DNA of 64,000 bases from Candidatus Omnitrophota bacterium (GTDB lineage Bacteria; Omnitrophota; Gorgyraeia; Zapsychrales; Fredricksoniimonadaceae). Both the position numbers and the translations under genes were made by a program. Each line of letters begins with the position of its first letter. The first letter of the stretch is position 1. Of this stretch, positions 10,094 to 22,737 are shown piece by piece. The stretch is from assembly GCA_044225175.1 (NCBI GenBank), contig JBGAJA010000002.1, positions 146,917-210,916 of the forward strand. The letters are read 5' to 3'. A model generated the notes under the pieces. That model had not been told where the DNA came from, did not search any database, and worked only from the letters and a program-made list of their open reading frames with translations.

Positions 10094-10588
10094 TCAATTA
10101 TATTCCCCTTTATATATACCCCAACCCAACAAAGTGTATGTCCCATCAAAATTGCGACAAAGGCTTATTCCGCTTCTGTTTCGATACTGTGTTTTACCGT
10201 CGGGGGAACACACCGGCTCTTCCCCACCTTCGTCTGAAATTGTGAGATCATGATCTGTTCTAATTGCGAAAATTTCATAGGAAATTTGCTGCGAAGAAAT
10301 GGTGATGTTCTTTCCCTCACAACACTTAAAATGAATTGTGTTTGCTTCTTGAACACTAGAATTGAATATGCAGTTATCAATGCTGTTGATGTCATTCTTA
10401 GCCATCATACAAAGTTCAATTTTACTTTTAACCGTCTTTAATTGATGAACTGCTTCTGCCCAATTAAGACTTTCAGACCATTTGATGTACCATTGGATTG
10501 AAAAATAACCCAGGTACCCTGCTACAATTAAGGCTAAAATGATATCGAATAAAGAAAGTCCTCTGTTATTTTTTTTTGTAATATACAA
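10094..10588 (-). CDS. Pilin-like protein with a divergent prepilin N-terminus
   Basis: N-terminus RG|LSLFDIILALIVAGYLGYF, which resembles a class III signal with D at +5. It has several Cys. Confidence 0.45.
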   Translation of the reverse strand: MYITKKNNRGLSLFDIILALIVAGYLGYFSIQWYIKWSESLNWAEAVHQLKTVKSKIELCMMAKNDINSIDNCIFNSSVQEANTIHFKCCEGKNITISSQQISYEIFAIRTDHDLTISDEGGEEPVCSPDGKTQYRNRSGISLCRNFDGTYTLLGWGIYKGEYN

Positions 10589-10729
10589 ATAAGACTCCCT
10601 TTAGGGACACAATTAATAAAGATAATTAGTGTTTATAATATAACATTACACTGTCTTTGCAATATTTTTCAAAATTATTTTTGTTTTCCACGTGGAAAGC
10701 TCTGGTGTTGGAGAAACTAGTTCTGAGGA

Positions 10730-10954
10730 TTATTTCTTAATTACTTTTATTTTAGCTTGCTTTGAGCCTCTCATGCCAAAAAGGCCCTTTTTCTCTTCAC
10801 AAACAACCTTAATTTTCATTTCTTCGCGATCTACACCTAATATCTTTTCAGCTTTTTTTATAGCTTCTTCAGTGGTGTATCCTTCAAATTCCGTTTCTTC
10901 ATTGTCACTAGGGATTGTGCCAAATAACATACCTGTTTCCTTACTTCGCATCAT
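10730..10954 (-). CDS. jag: Jag/KhpB N-terminal-domain protein (small)
   Basis: Position immediately downstream of yidC and the 'EAIKKAEKILGV' Jag_N-like motif. The start is placed at the internal Met, because the longer ORF overlaps yidC. Confidence 0.45.
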   Translation of the reverse strand: MMRSKETGMLFGTIPSDNEETEFEGYTTEEAIKKAEKILGVDREEMKIKVVCEEKKGLFGMRGSKQAKIKVIKK

Positions 10955-12548
10955 TTTCACGTGAAACTGTTTTTTGATTCCCCATTTTCCATTGGGTCCA
11001 AGTAGATAATCCATAGAAGACTGTAAAATAAAGAGATAGTCCGCTAGCAAATTTATAAAACATAAAGCCAATGAAAAATGGAAAAATGTATTTCATCATC
11101 TTCTGCTGCATGGCTTGTGTCTCGTCGGTAATCACCATATTTTTGGCAGTAAGTGTTTGTTGCAAGAACATGACGCCTGCCATTGTAATAGGCAAAATAT
11201 TAAATTCATTTCCTAAAAAGGGTATATTAAATGGCAGGATAAAAAGCCTGTCTGGTTGAGCTAAATCCTTAATCCATAAAAAGCTTTTGCCTTGAAAGTA
11301 ATAAGCGCGCCACAGAACCTGGTAAAGCGCAATAAAGATAGGCATTTGCAAAAGAAATGGCAGGCATCCGGCTAAAGGATTAACCCCTTCCCTTCTATAC
11401 AAATCAACCATTTCCGTGTTAAGCTTTGTGGGGTCGCCTTTATACCTTTTCTGAAGGGCAGCTATTTTAGGTTGTACCATTTGCATTTTCTTCATGGACA
11501 TCATGCTTTTGTAAGTCAAAGGATATGTAAGTCCATAAATCAATATGCTTACTAAAATAATGGACAGCCCCCAGCTGTGGCAAATAGAATGTAGAACAGG
11601 AACAGTATAATATATCGCCTTTCCTAAGATATCTAGTATCCACCAATTACTAAAAGCTACGATCTTTTCAAATCCCCTATTAAATCCTTTTAACCAACCA
11701 ATATTTTGATCCCCTGCAACTAGAGTAAAGTCATAGCTAAACGTTTCTCCGGGACCAATTCCCTTCTTTGGCTTGATATTGGCTGAAAGCTGACTTTCGT
11801 TAAGTACTTCATTTTCATAGGCTTTTGACTCAAATTCTGGTTTTATAAGCAACATATGGAAATGATCCCTATAACCTACCCAAGTCGCCTCTTTATTTTC
11901 CAATTTATTATCTTTAGAAGTAAATTTACTGGATGTACCTTTGCGAATAATCTTTTTATTTTCTTCCAGAATGGAAAGTTCATCTAACATGGAATTGCGT
12001 CCCATATGCTCTTCTGGACTGGGAACATTTACTTTTAATGTTTTAAACTCTATTTCTTCCAGTCTGGAAGAAATGTTTGTCATTTTAATATTTGCTTTAA
12101 TGGATTTATCTTTATTTACAGTAAATGTTTTAACTATTTTCCATTGTAAATCTTGATATCCATAAGAAATAGCTTCACTGTTTTGAAATATTGTCTGAAA
12201 TGGCACTTCTTCCAGTCCTTTGATGACTAAAAGATCTGTTGCAGGAAAAAGATAGGAACTGCCGTTGAATTCTATTTTGTGGAGCGTACCACCCATGTTT
12301 GTAAAATTTAAATTCAGTTCAGGGGTTTTTAATACTGTTTTTACTTCTTTTTTTTCGACTTGAGTGGTTTTTTGTGATTTTTCAGAGGTGACTAGAGAAG
12401 GGATTGTTGTTTTTTCTGTAACTGTATTGTTTTGAACGACTTGTGCGTTTTTAATCTTTTCTTTTTCTTTTGGAACTATAAAAAAACTTTGATATCCTAC
12501 CAAAACAAGGAACGATAAAGCCATTGCAATGAAGAAATTTCTATCCAT
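10941..12548 (-). CDS. yidC: Membrane protein insertase YidC
   Basis: 535 aa with a large periplasmic domain, then the conserved 'QKRYKGDPxKLNxEMxxLYRxxGVNPLxGCLPxLLQMPIFIALY' core. Confidence 0.9.
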   Translation of the reverse strand: MDRNFFIAMALSFLVLVGYQSFFIVPKEKEKIKNAQVVQNNTVTEKTTIPSLVTSEKSQKTTQVEKKEVKTVLKTPELNLNFTNMGGTLHKIEFNGSSYLFPATDLLVIKGLEEVPFQTIFQNSEAISYGYQDLQWKIVKTFTVNKDKSIKANIKMTNISSRLEEIEFKTLKVNVPSPEEHMGRNSMLDELSILEENKKIIRKGTSSKFTSKDNKLENKEATWVGYRDHFHMLLIKPEFESKAYENEVLNESQLSANIKPKKGIGPGETFSYDFTLVAGDQNIGWLKGFNRGFEKIVAFSNWWILDILGKAIYYTVPVLHSICHSWGLSIILVSILIYGLTYPLTYKSMMSMKKMQMVQPKIAALQKRYKGDPTKLNTEMVDLYRREGVNPLAGCLPFLLQMPIFIALYQVLWRAYYFQGKSFLWIKDLAQPDRLFILPFNIPFLGNEFNILPITMAGVMFLQQTLTAKNMVITDETQAMQQKMMKYIFPFFIGFMFYKFASGLSLYFTVFYGLSTWTQWKMGNQKTVSRENDAK

Positions 12549-12550
12549 AT

Positions 12551-12781
12551 TTATTTTTTCAGCCTAGAAGACTCTTTTACAGGGTCAAAGCCGCCTTTAG
12601 ATAGGGGAGAACAGCGTAAAACTCGCCATACACTTAAAGCCGATCCCTTTAAAGCTCCGTATTTAACGATAGCTTCTATAGCATAGTGCGAACATGACGG
12701 ATGAAACCGGCAAGTATTGATATTAAACAGCCGACTTATGCGTTGGTATGCTCTTATGGCAAAAAGCAGGGCTCTGGCCAT
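12551..12781 (-). CDS. yidD: Membrane protein insertion efficiency factor YidD
   Basis: 76 aa with 'CRFxPSCSxYAxEAIxxYG' and 'RCxPxxxGGxDPV'. Confidence 0.8.
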   Translation of the reverse strand: MARALLFAIRAYQRISRLFNINTCRFHPSCSHYAIEAIVKYGALKGSALSVWRVLRCSPLSKGGFDPVKESSRLKK

Positions 12782-12796
12782 GGGTGTATGCAGAGG

Positions 12797-12935
12797 ATTA
12801 TGGGATTAGTTGACGACGGCCCTTAGCTCTACGACGCGCCAAAACCTTGCGTCCATCTTGAGAAGCCATACGTTTTCTAAATCCGTGTTTTCTGACCCCG
12901 ACAATATTTGTTGGTGTTTTTAGATGCTTTTTCAT
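12797..12935 (-). CDS. rpmH: 50S ribosomal protein L34, reading frame disrupted by one extra A in an A5 run (12841..12845)
   Basis: Hand translation gives [31 protein letters not shown], then stops (FGAS*). Deleting one A restores '...[14 protein letters not shown]', the canonical L34 C-terminus. Confidence 0.65.
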
Positions 12936-13208
12936 GATTAATTTACTTGACTTATACTGGTTTTTTCTTTTCTTATCTACCGTTTATCGACGAGAAATGC
13001 CTTTAAAACGATAAACAACCGATGTAATGGGGAGGATTATAGCACAGGCTTACCCTTCGTCAAGCATTTTAGGTGGTTATCTTATACTAATAACCCCTTG
13101 AGAAAGCATAAGTTAAGTTTCAACTAAAATGCGACGGAAGTCTTTCCAATCTGGACTATCAAAATCTCAATTTTAAGCTATATGGCAAAAATACCGGGAA
13201 AAAAATAA

Positions 13209-13236
13209 TTGCATTGGGAAGATGCTTTGTTATAAT
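13209..13236 (+). promoter_or_regulatory. Candidate sigma70 promoter of dnaA (TTGCAT - 16 nt - TGtTATAAT, extended -10)
   Basis: Sequence match about 65 nt upstream of the dnaA start. Confidence 0.4.
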
Positions 13237-13255
13237 GCCCAACAATTAAGGAAAA

Positions 13256-13274
13256 CTATCCACAGCTGTGAATA
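13256..13274. promoter_or_regulatory. Palindromic DnaA-box pair cTATCCACAGCTGTGAATA
   Basis: TTATCCACA-like 9-mer plus its near-inverted copy around CAGCTG. The same 19-mer recurs at 14665..14683. Confidence 0.55.
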
Positions 13275-13298
13275 ACCTGTGTACTAAGCTCGTCGAAA

Positions 13299-14633
13299 AT
13301 GACTCTAACAGACATCTGGCAAAAAACTCAAACGACAATCAAAGAACAAATAGGCTCAACTAGCTATGACACCTGGCTTTCAGGCCTAAAGGTTTTGGAT
13401 AAAAACACCAACACTCTTATCCTCCAAGCGCCAGATGAATTTTTTAAAAATTGGATCGTTGAACATTATGCTTCTGCTATTTCGCGCTGCTTAACTCAAG
13501 AAGCGGGCAGGGAAGTGGCCCTAGAGTTCGAAGTTAGCGCCCAGCTTTTAGAGCCTGTCCCCAAAAAGCTTCAGTCTTTAGAAAAAAATTTCAGTCATGA
13601 GCCTTCTAAAACTAATATTAATTTAAACGCACGTTTTCTTTTTGAGAATTTTGTTGTTGGTTCATCCAATCGTTTTGCTTTTGCAGCAGCTCAAGCGGTG
13701 GCCGAAGCTCCCGCTAAGATGTACAATCCATTTTTTATTTATGGTTCCGTAGGATTAGGGAAAACCCACTTGTTGCAGGCAATTACCCAAGAAATTCTTC
13801 GCAAACATCCTGGACTTAAAATTTGTTATATCTCCTCTGAACAATTTACCAATGAATTAATTAATGCCATTCGACACCGTTCTGCTGAAAATTTTCGCCT
13901 TAAATATAGAAACATTGATGTCTTGTTAATTGATGATATTCATTTTATCGCCGGTAAAGAAAGCACTCAGGAAGAATTTTTCCACACCTTTAATACTCTT
14001 CACGACCATCACAAACAAATTATTATTTGTTCTGACAGGCCTCCTAAAGAAATTGCTCATCTGGAAGAACGATTAGTTTCGCGTTTTTGTTGGGGACTCA
14101 TTACAGATATTCAGCCGCCAGACTATGAAACACGCGTAGCCATTTTACGCAAAAAACTGGAATTAGAATCCGTGAACGTCCCTGATGATGTGATTGATTT
14201 TATTGCAGCGGAAATTAAAACCAATATCCGCGAGTTAGAGGGCGCTTTATTAAGAGTAGTTGCTTATGCCTTGTTGGAAGATAAAACAATAAGTCTTTCT
14301 GTTGCTAAATCTGTCCTTAAGGATATGGTTAAAGAAACTGTTAAAACTATTTCTGTAGAAATGGTCCAAAAAGAAGTGGCAGAATTTTTTAATCTTTCTT
14401 TACCAGAGCTTAAAAATAAGAGTCGTCATAAAAATATTATTGTTCCAAGGCAAGTGGCTATGTATCTATCTAGGAAGCTTACCAATCATTCTTTGCCAGA
14501 AATTGGAGCTGCTTTTGGTGGTAAAGATCACACTACAATTTTACATGCAGTAAAAAAAGTTGAAGAAGTTCTTTTAAAAGACGAACAAATAAGGAAAATA
14601 GTAGAAACTTTACGTAATGCCTTGTTGGTATAA
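13299..14633 (+). CDS. dnaA: Chromosomal replication initiator DnaA
   Basis: AAA+ 'GxxGLGKTHL', sensor motifs, and the C-terminal DNA-binding domain 'VAMYLSRKLT...LPEIGxxFGGKDHTTILHA'. Confidence 0.95.
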   Translation: MTLTDIWQKTQTTIKEQIGSTSYDTWLSGLKVLDKNTNTLILQAPDEFFKNWIVEHYASAISRCLTQEAGREVALEFEVSAQLLEPVPKKLQSLEKNFSHEPSKTNINLNARFLFENFVVGSSNRFAFAAAQAVAEAPAKMYNPFFIYGSVGLGKTHLLQAITQEILRKHPGLKICYISSEQFTNELINAIRHRSAENFRLKYRNIDVLLIDDIHFIAGKESTQEEFFHTFNTLHDHHKQIIICSDRPPKEIAHLEERLVSRFCWGLITDIQPPDYETRVAILRKKLELESVNVPDDVIDFIAAEIKTNIRELEGALLRVVAYALLEDKTISLSVAKSVLKDMVKETVKTISVEMVQKEVAEFFNLSLPELKNKSRHKNIIVPRQVAMYLSRKLTNHSLPEIGAAFGGKDHTTILHAVKKVEEVLLKDEQIRKIVETLRNALLV

Positions 14634-14796
14634 CTGGGGATAAGTTCTTTGACTTATACTCAAGTTATCCACAGCTGTGAATATTGTAAACTATTGAAAT
14701 TTAAGTGTTTTTGCGTGTTATTCAAAGTATCCACAGGCATTACTAATATTGCTTCTATCTTTAAAACGTTAACAAAACAGTTATATTAGCAAAGGT
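14634..14796. promoter_or_regulatory. Putative oriC segment between dnaA and dnaN
   Basis: DnaA boxes at 14665..14683 (TTATCCACAGCTGTGAATA) and 14727..14735 (GTATCCACA), followed by an AT-rich stretch. Confidence 0.5.
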
Positions 14797-15891
14797 GTGA
14801 GTATGAAAATTAAGGTGAATAAAGATCAGTTATTGGGGGCAATTGCAGTTGTTGGGAACATCGTTTCAACCAGAGCAACACTCCCAATACTCTCTAATAT
14901 GATGCTTGAAGCAAAGGATGATGTTTTAAAGTTAAACACAACCGATTTAGACATTGGAATATCCTGTGAATTGCCTGTGCATATCTATGAACAAGGCGCC
15001 ATAACTGTCCCAGCTAAGAAATTTAGTGATATTATTCGTGAGTTACCTTCAGGAGATATTGTTTTGATCGTTCGAAAGAATAATCAAGTAGAAATTGAAG
15101 GGACTAATTGCCGATTTAAATTAAATGGACTTCCTAAAGAAGAATTTCCTAAATTTCCTGAATTTAAAGATAAAGATGTTGTATTGATTGATCAGAAGAG
15201 TCTTAAAGAAATGATCCGCATGACAAGCTTTGCTGTTTCTTTTGAGGAATCCCGGTATGTGTTAAATGGAATCCTTTTAGAAATTGCAGGAGATAAAGTT
15301 CGAATGATTGCAACGGATGGACGTCGTTTAGCAAAAATTGAAAAAAAGCTTTTACAAAATAGTAATAAAGAATTAAGTATTATTATTCCTATTAAAGCGA
15401 TCGGTGAGATCAATCGTAACCTCAAAGACACCGGAGACTGTTCTATTATTTGTTCAACCAACCAAGTTCTATTTAATATTGACGGCATTTTAATTGCTAC
15501 GCGAATCATTGAAGGAGAATTCCCTAATTATAAACAAGTCATTCCAAAAGAGATTACAACAAAAACAAAGATAAAAACACAGGACCTATTATCAGCCATT
15601 CGCCGAGCAAACCTATTATCAACACCAGATTTTCAAGCCATCAAATTCGAATTATTCAAAGACAATATGGTTATTTCAAAGTCCACTCCCGATGTTGGAG
15701 AGTCCAGAGAAGAAATGCCAGTCGAGTATGGTCAACAGGAACTAATGGTGGGCTTTAACCCACAATTTTTTATCGATGTTCTTAAAAATATCGAAGACGA
15801 AAAAATCGATTTAGAATTCTTAGGTTCTGACAAGCCTTGTGTTTTAAGGTTACGCGATTATCTATATTTAGCTTTGCCCATGCGTCTATAA
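14797..15891 (+). CDS. dnaN: DNA polymerase III beta subunit (sliding clamp)
   Basis: 364 aa with three-domain clamp architecture, immediately after dnaA. Confidence 0.9.
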   Translation: MSMKIKVNKDQLLGAIAVVGNIVSTRATLPILSNMMLEAKDDVLKLNTTDLDIGISCELPVHIYEQGAITVPAKKFSDIIRELPSGDIVLIVRKNNQVEIEGTNCRFKLNGLPKEEFPKFPEFKDKDVVLIDQKSLKEMIRMTSFAVSFEESRYVLNGILLEIAGDKVRMIATDGRRLAKIEKKLLQNSNKELSIIIPIKAIGEINRNLKDTGDCSIICSTNQVLFNIDGILIATRIIEGEFPNYKQVIPKEITTKTKIKTQDLLSAIRRANLLSTPDFQAIKFELFKDNMVISKSTPDVGESREEMPVEYGQQELMVGFNPQFFIDVLKNIEDEKIDLEFLGSDKPCVLRLRDYLYLALPMRL

Positions 15892-15892
15892 G

Positions 15893-18603
<2,711 letters not shown>

Positions 18604-18621
18604 TACAGAAAGGTTTAAGCA

Positions 18622-21078
18622 ATGATGCGCGATGCAAATAAAAAAGAGAGAATAATTCCAATCTACATCGAAGATGAGATGAAGAATTCCTATTTGTCTT
18701 ATTCGATGTCGGTTATTGTTGGCCGAGCTTTACCTGATGTGCGTGATGGTTTAAAACCGGTTCACCGCCGTATCTTATATGCAATGAAGGAATTGAACCT
18801 GGAACATAATAAGCCCTATAAGAAAAGTGCTCGTATTGTTGGGGAAGTATTAGGTAAGTACCATCCTCATGGAGACACTGCTGTGTATGACACCATGGTT
18901 CGCATGGTGCAGGAATTCTCTCTTCGTTATCCTTTGATCGACGGCCAAGGAAACTTTGGTTCAATCGACGGGGATGCAGCCGCTGCGATGCGTTACACGG
19001 AAGCCCGTATGGCGTCCGTCTCAGAGATCATGCTTGAAGACATCGATAAAGAAACAGTCGAATTTTCTCCAAACTTTGACGGATCTCTCACTGAACCAGA
19101 TATTTTGCCTGCTTTAGTTCCAAATCTTTTAGTCAATGGTTCTTCTGGTATTGCGGTTGGTATGGCGACCAACATGGCACCTCACAATTTAGGGGAAGTC
19201 ATCGATGGAATCGTATTTCTTTTAGACAATCCAGAGGCCACCATCAAGGAATTGATGAAATTTGTTAAAGGTCCAGATTTTCCAACAGCAGGAATTATCT
19301 GCGGCCGTGATGGATTTACCAGTGCATATAATACTGGCCGCGGTAAGGTGATTATCCGTGCCAGAGCTAACATCGAAGCACAAAAGAGCAACAAGGAAGC
19401 GATCATCATTACTGAGCTTCCCTATCAAGTCAACAAAGCCAATTTGATTACCGCCATCGCAGACCAAGTTCAAAATAAACAAATCGACGGAATTACAGAC
19501 ATTCGTGATGAGTCGGACAAGGAAGGTATTCGAGTCGTTATCGAACTTCGTCGCGATGTGGATGCCAACATTGTTTTAAATTACCTCTTCAAACACACCC
19601 AAATGGAAGTAACTTTTGGGATTATTAACCTAGCACTCGTTAATAAGTCTCCTAAGGTCTTAACATTAAAGCAGATTATGCAGCAGTACATTACGCATCG
19701 CCGTCAGGTGATTCGTCGTCGTACACAGTTCGATCTAGATAAAGCCTTGCGTCGTGCGCATATCTTGGAAGGATTCAAGATTGCTTTTAAGCATTTGGAA
19801 GAAATCATCAAAACAATCCGCGCATCAAAATCAACAGCAGATGCCAAAGAAGCATTGATGAAGAAGTTTGATCTATCTGACGTTCAAGCCCAAGCCATTT
19901 TGGAAATGCAATTGCAACGTTTGGCTGCTTTGGAACGAGACAAGATTGAAGCTGAATATCAGCAACTTTTGAAAGATATTGAGAACTATCGAGGCATCCT
20001 AGCTTCTGAAAAAAGAGTCGATGCGATCATTAAAGAAGAACTCGCTGAGCTTAGAAAGAAATATGCGGATCCACGCCGCACGGAAATTGCCGCCAAAGCA
20101 GAAGATATTGAAATTGAAGACATGATTGCCGATGAAGACATGGCGATCACCATCAGCAATAAAGGATATATTAAAAGACTGAATATCGATGGATATCGTT
20201 CCCAGAAACGTGGCGGCAAGGGTGTGACTGCCATGACGACTTCCGACGAAGACTTTGTCGAAAGACTCTTTGTGGCCTCCTCTAAAGACTGTTTATTGAT
20301 TTTTTCAAATCAGGGAACAGTTCGATGGTTGAAAGTTTATGAGATCCCCGTTGCTTCAAGAACTGCCAGAGGCAAAGCCATTATTAACCTGCTTTCTTTT
20401 AAACCAGGTGAAATGATTAGCGCAATTGTGGCTGTCAAAGAGTTTAGAGATGATGAATTTTTAGTCTTTGCAACCAAACAAGGGTTGGTTAAAAAGACCA
20501 AGGTCTCTGCCTATAACAATCCACGTAAAGGTGGAATCGTTGGCATTGGTTTAGAAAAAGACGATGAATTAATTGGCGTTGCTCTAAGCAATGGCAAAGA
20601 AGACGTCCTTCTAGCGACGCACGATGGAATTTCATTAAGATTCCAAGAAAAACAACTTCGCGATATGGGACGTTCTGCCAAAGGTGTTCGTGGAATCAAT
20701 TTAGATAAAAAAGACTATGTGGTTGGCATGCTGGTTTTTGCTCCTGATGTGGACAAAACAGGCGCTAAGCTACTTACCATTTGCGAACTCGGATACGCTA
20801 AACGATCCGACTTTGCCGACTATAGAACGCAATCCAGGGGTGGTCGAGGAGTCATCAACGTTAAAATCACCGAGAAAAATGGTGATGTGGTCGGGGTTTT
20901 AACGGTTGCTGAAGGAGATGAGATCATGGCTGTTACCAAAAAAGGCATGGTTGTACGTTCTAATCCATCAGAAATTCGTGAAACAGGCCGCTCTGCTGTC
21001 GGGGTCAGGCTGATTTCTTTAGAATCAGGCGACAAAGTTTCTTCAGTAGGTCATCTTGTTTCCCGTGAGGACGAATAG
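18622..21078 (+). CDS. gyrA: DNA gyrase subunit A
   Basis: '[11 protein letters not shown]' active-site Tyr region and C-terminal beta-pinwheel repeats. Confidence 0.95.
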   Translation: MMRDANKKERIIPIYIEDEMKNSYLSYSMSVIVGRALPDVRDGLKPVHRRILYAMKELNLEHNKPYKKSARIVGEVLGKYHPHGDTAVYDTMVRMVQEFSLRYPLIDGQGNFGSIDGDAAAAMRYTEARMASVSEIMLEDIDKETVEFSPNFDGSLTEPDILPALVPNLLVNGSSGIAVGMATNMAPHNLGEVIDGIVFLLDNPEATIKELMKFVKGPDFPTAGIICGRDGFTSAYNTGRGKVIIRARANIEAQKSNKEAIIITELPYQVNKANLITAIADQVQNKQIDGITDIRDESDKEGIRVVIELRRDVDANIVLNYLFKHTQMEVTFGIINLALVNKSPKVLTLKQIMQQYITHRRQVIRRRTQFDLDKALRRAHILEGFKIAFKHLEEIIKTIRASKSTADAKEALMKKFDLSDVQAQAILEMQLQRLAALERDKIEAEYQQLLKDIENYRGILASEKRVDAIIKEELAELRKKYADPRRTEIAAKAEDIEIEDMIADEDMAITISNKGYIKRLNIDGYRSQKRGGKGVTAMTTSDEDFVERLFVASSKDCLLIFSNQGTVRWLKVYEIPVASRTARGKAIINLLSFKPGEMISAIVAVKEFRDDEFLVFATKQGLVKKTKVSAYNNPRKGGIVGIGLEKDDELIGVALSNGKEDVLLATHDGISLRFQEKQLRDMGRSAKGVRGINLDKKDYVVGMLVFAPDVDKTGAKLLTICELGYAKRSDFADYRTQSRGGRGVINVKITEKNGDVVGVLTVAEGDEIMAVTKKGMVVRSNPSEIRETGRSAVGVRLISLESGDKVSSVGHLVSREDE

Positions 21079-21137
21079 CACCACAACTATTTTGCTCTTG
21101 ACTGAAAGAAGTCGCTCATTATAATAGTCAACTCTTT

Positions 21138-21211
21138 GACCCTGTCGTCTAGCCTGGTCAGGACAAGAGGTTTTCAATCTCTCAGCACGGGTTCAAATCC
21201 CGTCAGGGTCA
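21138..21211 (+). tRNA. tRNA-Glu (anticodon TTC)
   Basis: Acceptor gaccctg/cagggtc, anticodon arm agagg-ttttcaa-tctct, T-loop ttcaaat; no CCA encoded. Confidence 0.8.
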
Positions 21212-21234
21212 CTAATATTTTTAAGGAGCTTCAC

Positions 21235-21882
21235 ATGCTCACCATCTATGGTTCGGAACTTTCAGGTCCTGCCAACAAAGTACGTTTCACAGCCAATTTT
21301 CTCCAGATCCCCTATGAATACCGCCGCCTTAACTTACGCGAAGGCGAGCAAAAGCAAGAATGGTTTTTAAAAATCAATCCAATTGGAAAAATACCAGCGA
21401 TGGATGATGCTGGTTTTTATCTTTTTGAAAGCGGGGCAATCTGTAAATATTTATGCAACAAATCAACAAACAATCTCTATCCTCAAGAAATTAAGCAACG
21501 GGCCATCGTCGATCAATGGACTGATTTTTCAACATTACATATAACAATCAATGTTTCGAAAGTCATCTACAACAAACTTTTTGCTCCTCGAATGAATAGA
21601 CCCGTCAGTCAAGAATCAATTGCAGACGGACTTAATTTCTTAGAGCAATACTTACCTGTTTTAGAAACACAACTTTCCCAACATAAATTTTTATGCGGGG
21701 CAACGATTACTCTGGCGGATTTAACTCTGCTAGCCGGGCTTGATCCTTGTGAACTAGCTGAGATTGATTTAGCCAAATACCCGCAATTGACGGCTTGGCG
21801 CACTTATTTAAAAACTCAAGAATTTTATACGCGTTGTCACAAGGAATATGGCGAAAGCTTAAAACAAAGCGTAGTCAAGTAA
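21235..21882 (+). CDS. Glutathione S-transferase-like protein
   Basis: GST N-terminal thioredoxin-like fold motifs ('KIPAMDD', 'ESGAIxKYL'). An AAGGAG RBS lies 6 nt upstream of the ATG at 21235. The longer ORF (start 21136) overlaps tRNA-Glu. Confidence 0.6.
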   Translation: MLTIYGSELSGPANKVRFTANFLQIPYEYRRLNLREGEQKQEWFLKINPIGKIPAMDDAGFYLFESGAICKYLCNKSTNNLYPQEIKQRAIVDQWTDFSTLHITINVSKVIYNKLFAPRMNRPVSQESIADGLNFLEQYLPVLETQLSQHKFLCGATITLADLTLLAGLDPCELAEIDLAKYPQLTAWRTYLKTQEFYTRCHKEYGESLKQSVVK

Positions 21883-21888
21883 GTTAAC

Positions 21889-22737
21889 ATGAAGGTTGCT
21901 CTGATACAATTTAATGCTTCTGCAGACAAAGGCGACAATCTTCGTCGGGCAAAGGCAATGGTTTTAGAAGCTATTGATCACAAGGCAAAATGGATTCTTT
22001 TGCCTGAGATTTTTAGCTTTCGAGGAAATCTGCAAAACAAAGACGTTCTGCAGCAAGCCGCTGAAGGTATTCCAGATACAACCACCAAAGAGTTTTCTAA
22101 AGTAGCTAAACTCAAGAGTGTGCATATTCTTTTGGGATCATTGTTTGAGAAGGCACCCAAAGGAAAAGCATATAACACATCGGTGGCAATTGCACCTGAC
22201 GGAAAGATAGTAAAATATCGTAAAATTCATTTATTCGACGCAAGATTAGGTGATAACATAATCCTTGAATCGAATTATATTGTTGCTGGCCAAAAACTTC
22301 AAACTGCTCTCGTAGGAGAATTTGAGGTAGGCTTAAGCGTTTGTTATGATTTAAGATTCCCTGCTCTTTATCAAGCATATGCCCATAAAGGTGCAACAGT
22401 AATGACCGTCCCTTCATGTTTTACTAAAATTACAGGGGAAGCTCACTGGGAAGCTCTTCTTCGCGCAAGGGCCATTGAGAATCTTTCTTATGTTTTGGCC
22501 CCCAATCAGGTGGGGAAGGATGCTAGAGGAGTTTTCAGTTTTGGAAACAGTTTAATTGTGGACCCTTGGGGAACAATCATAGCCCGAGGATCTAACGATC
22601 AAGAAGAAATTATTTACGCAGATATTCATCAAGAGAAAATTAAAGAAGCTCGCAGTAAACTACCGGGATTATTTTCCGCCACAAGCGGACCCGCCTCCGG
22701 CGGTCAACATAGGAGATCGAATGGCAAAAAGAATTAG
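21889..22737 (+). CDS. Carbon-nitrogen hydrolase family protein (nitrilase/amidase-like)
   Basis: Catalytic-triad context: Glu 'LPEIF', Lys 'YRKIHLFD', Cys '[11 protein letters not shown]'. Confidence 0.7.
   Translation: MKVALIQFNASADKGDNLRRAKAMVLEAIDHKAKWILLPEIFSFRGNLQNKDVLQQAAEGIPDTTTKEFSKVAKLKSVHILLGSLFEKAPKGKAYNTSVAIAPDGKIVKYRKIHLFDARLGDNIILESNYIVAGQKLQTALVGEFEVGLSVCYDLRFPALYQAYAHKGATVMTVPSCFTKITGEAHWEALLRARAIENLSYVLAPNQVGKDARGVFSFGNSLIVDPWGTIIARGSNDQEEIIYADIHQEKIKEARSKLPGLFSATSGPASGGQHRRSNGKKN

Noticed and set aside
10730-11071. Full 113-aa Jag ORF starting at 11071
   Set aside because: Its first 39 codons overlap yidC out of frame and look hydrophobic or low-complexity. The conserved Jag_N-like sequence begins at the Met at 10954.
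12551-12781. Whether rnpA might be fused into the yidD ORF
   Set aside because: The ORF is only 76 aa and is entirely YidD-like, leaving no room for an RNase P protein domain.
18713-21035. Several 60-90-aa ORFs on the minus strand inside gyrA, and similar ones inside gyrB and the giant gene
   Set aside because: They are antisense to strongly supported genes and have skewed, low-complexity composition (S/P/R-rich).
21136-21234. Extended N-terminus of the GST-like ORF starting at 21136
   Set aside because: It would be translated through tRNA-Glu (21138..21211). A good RBS precedes the internal ATG at 21235.
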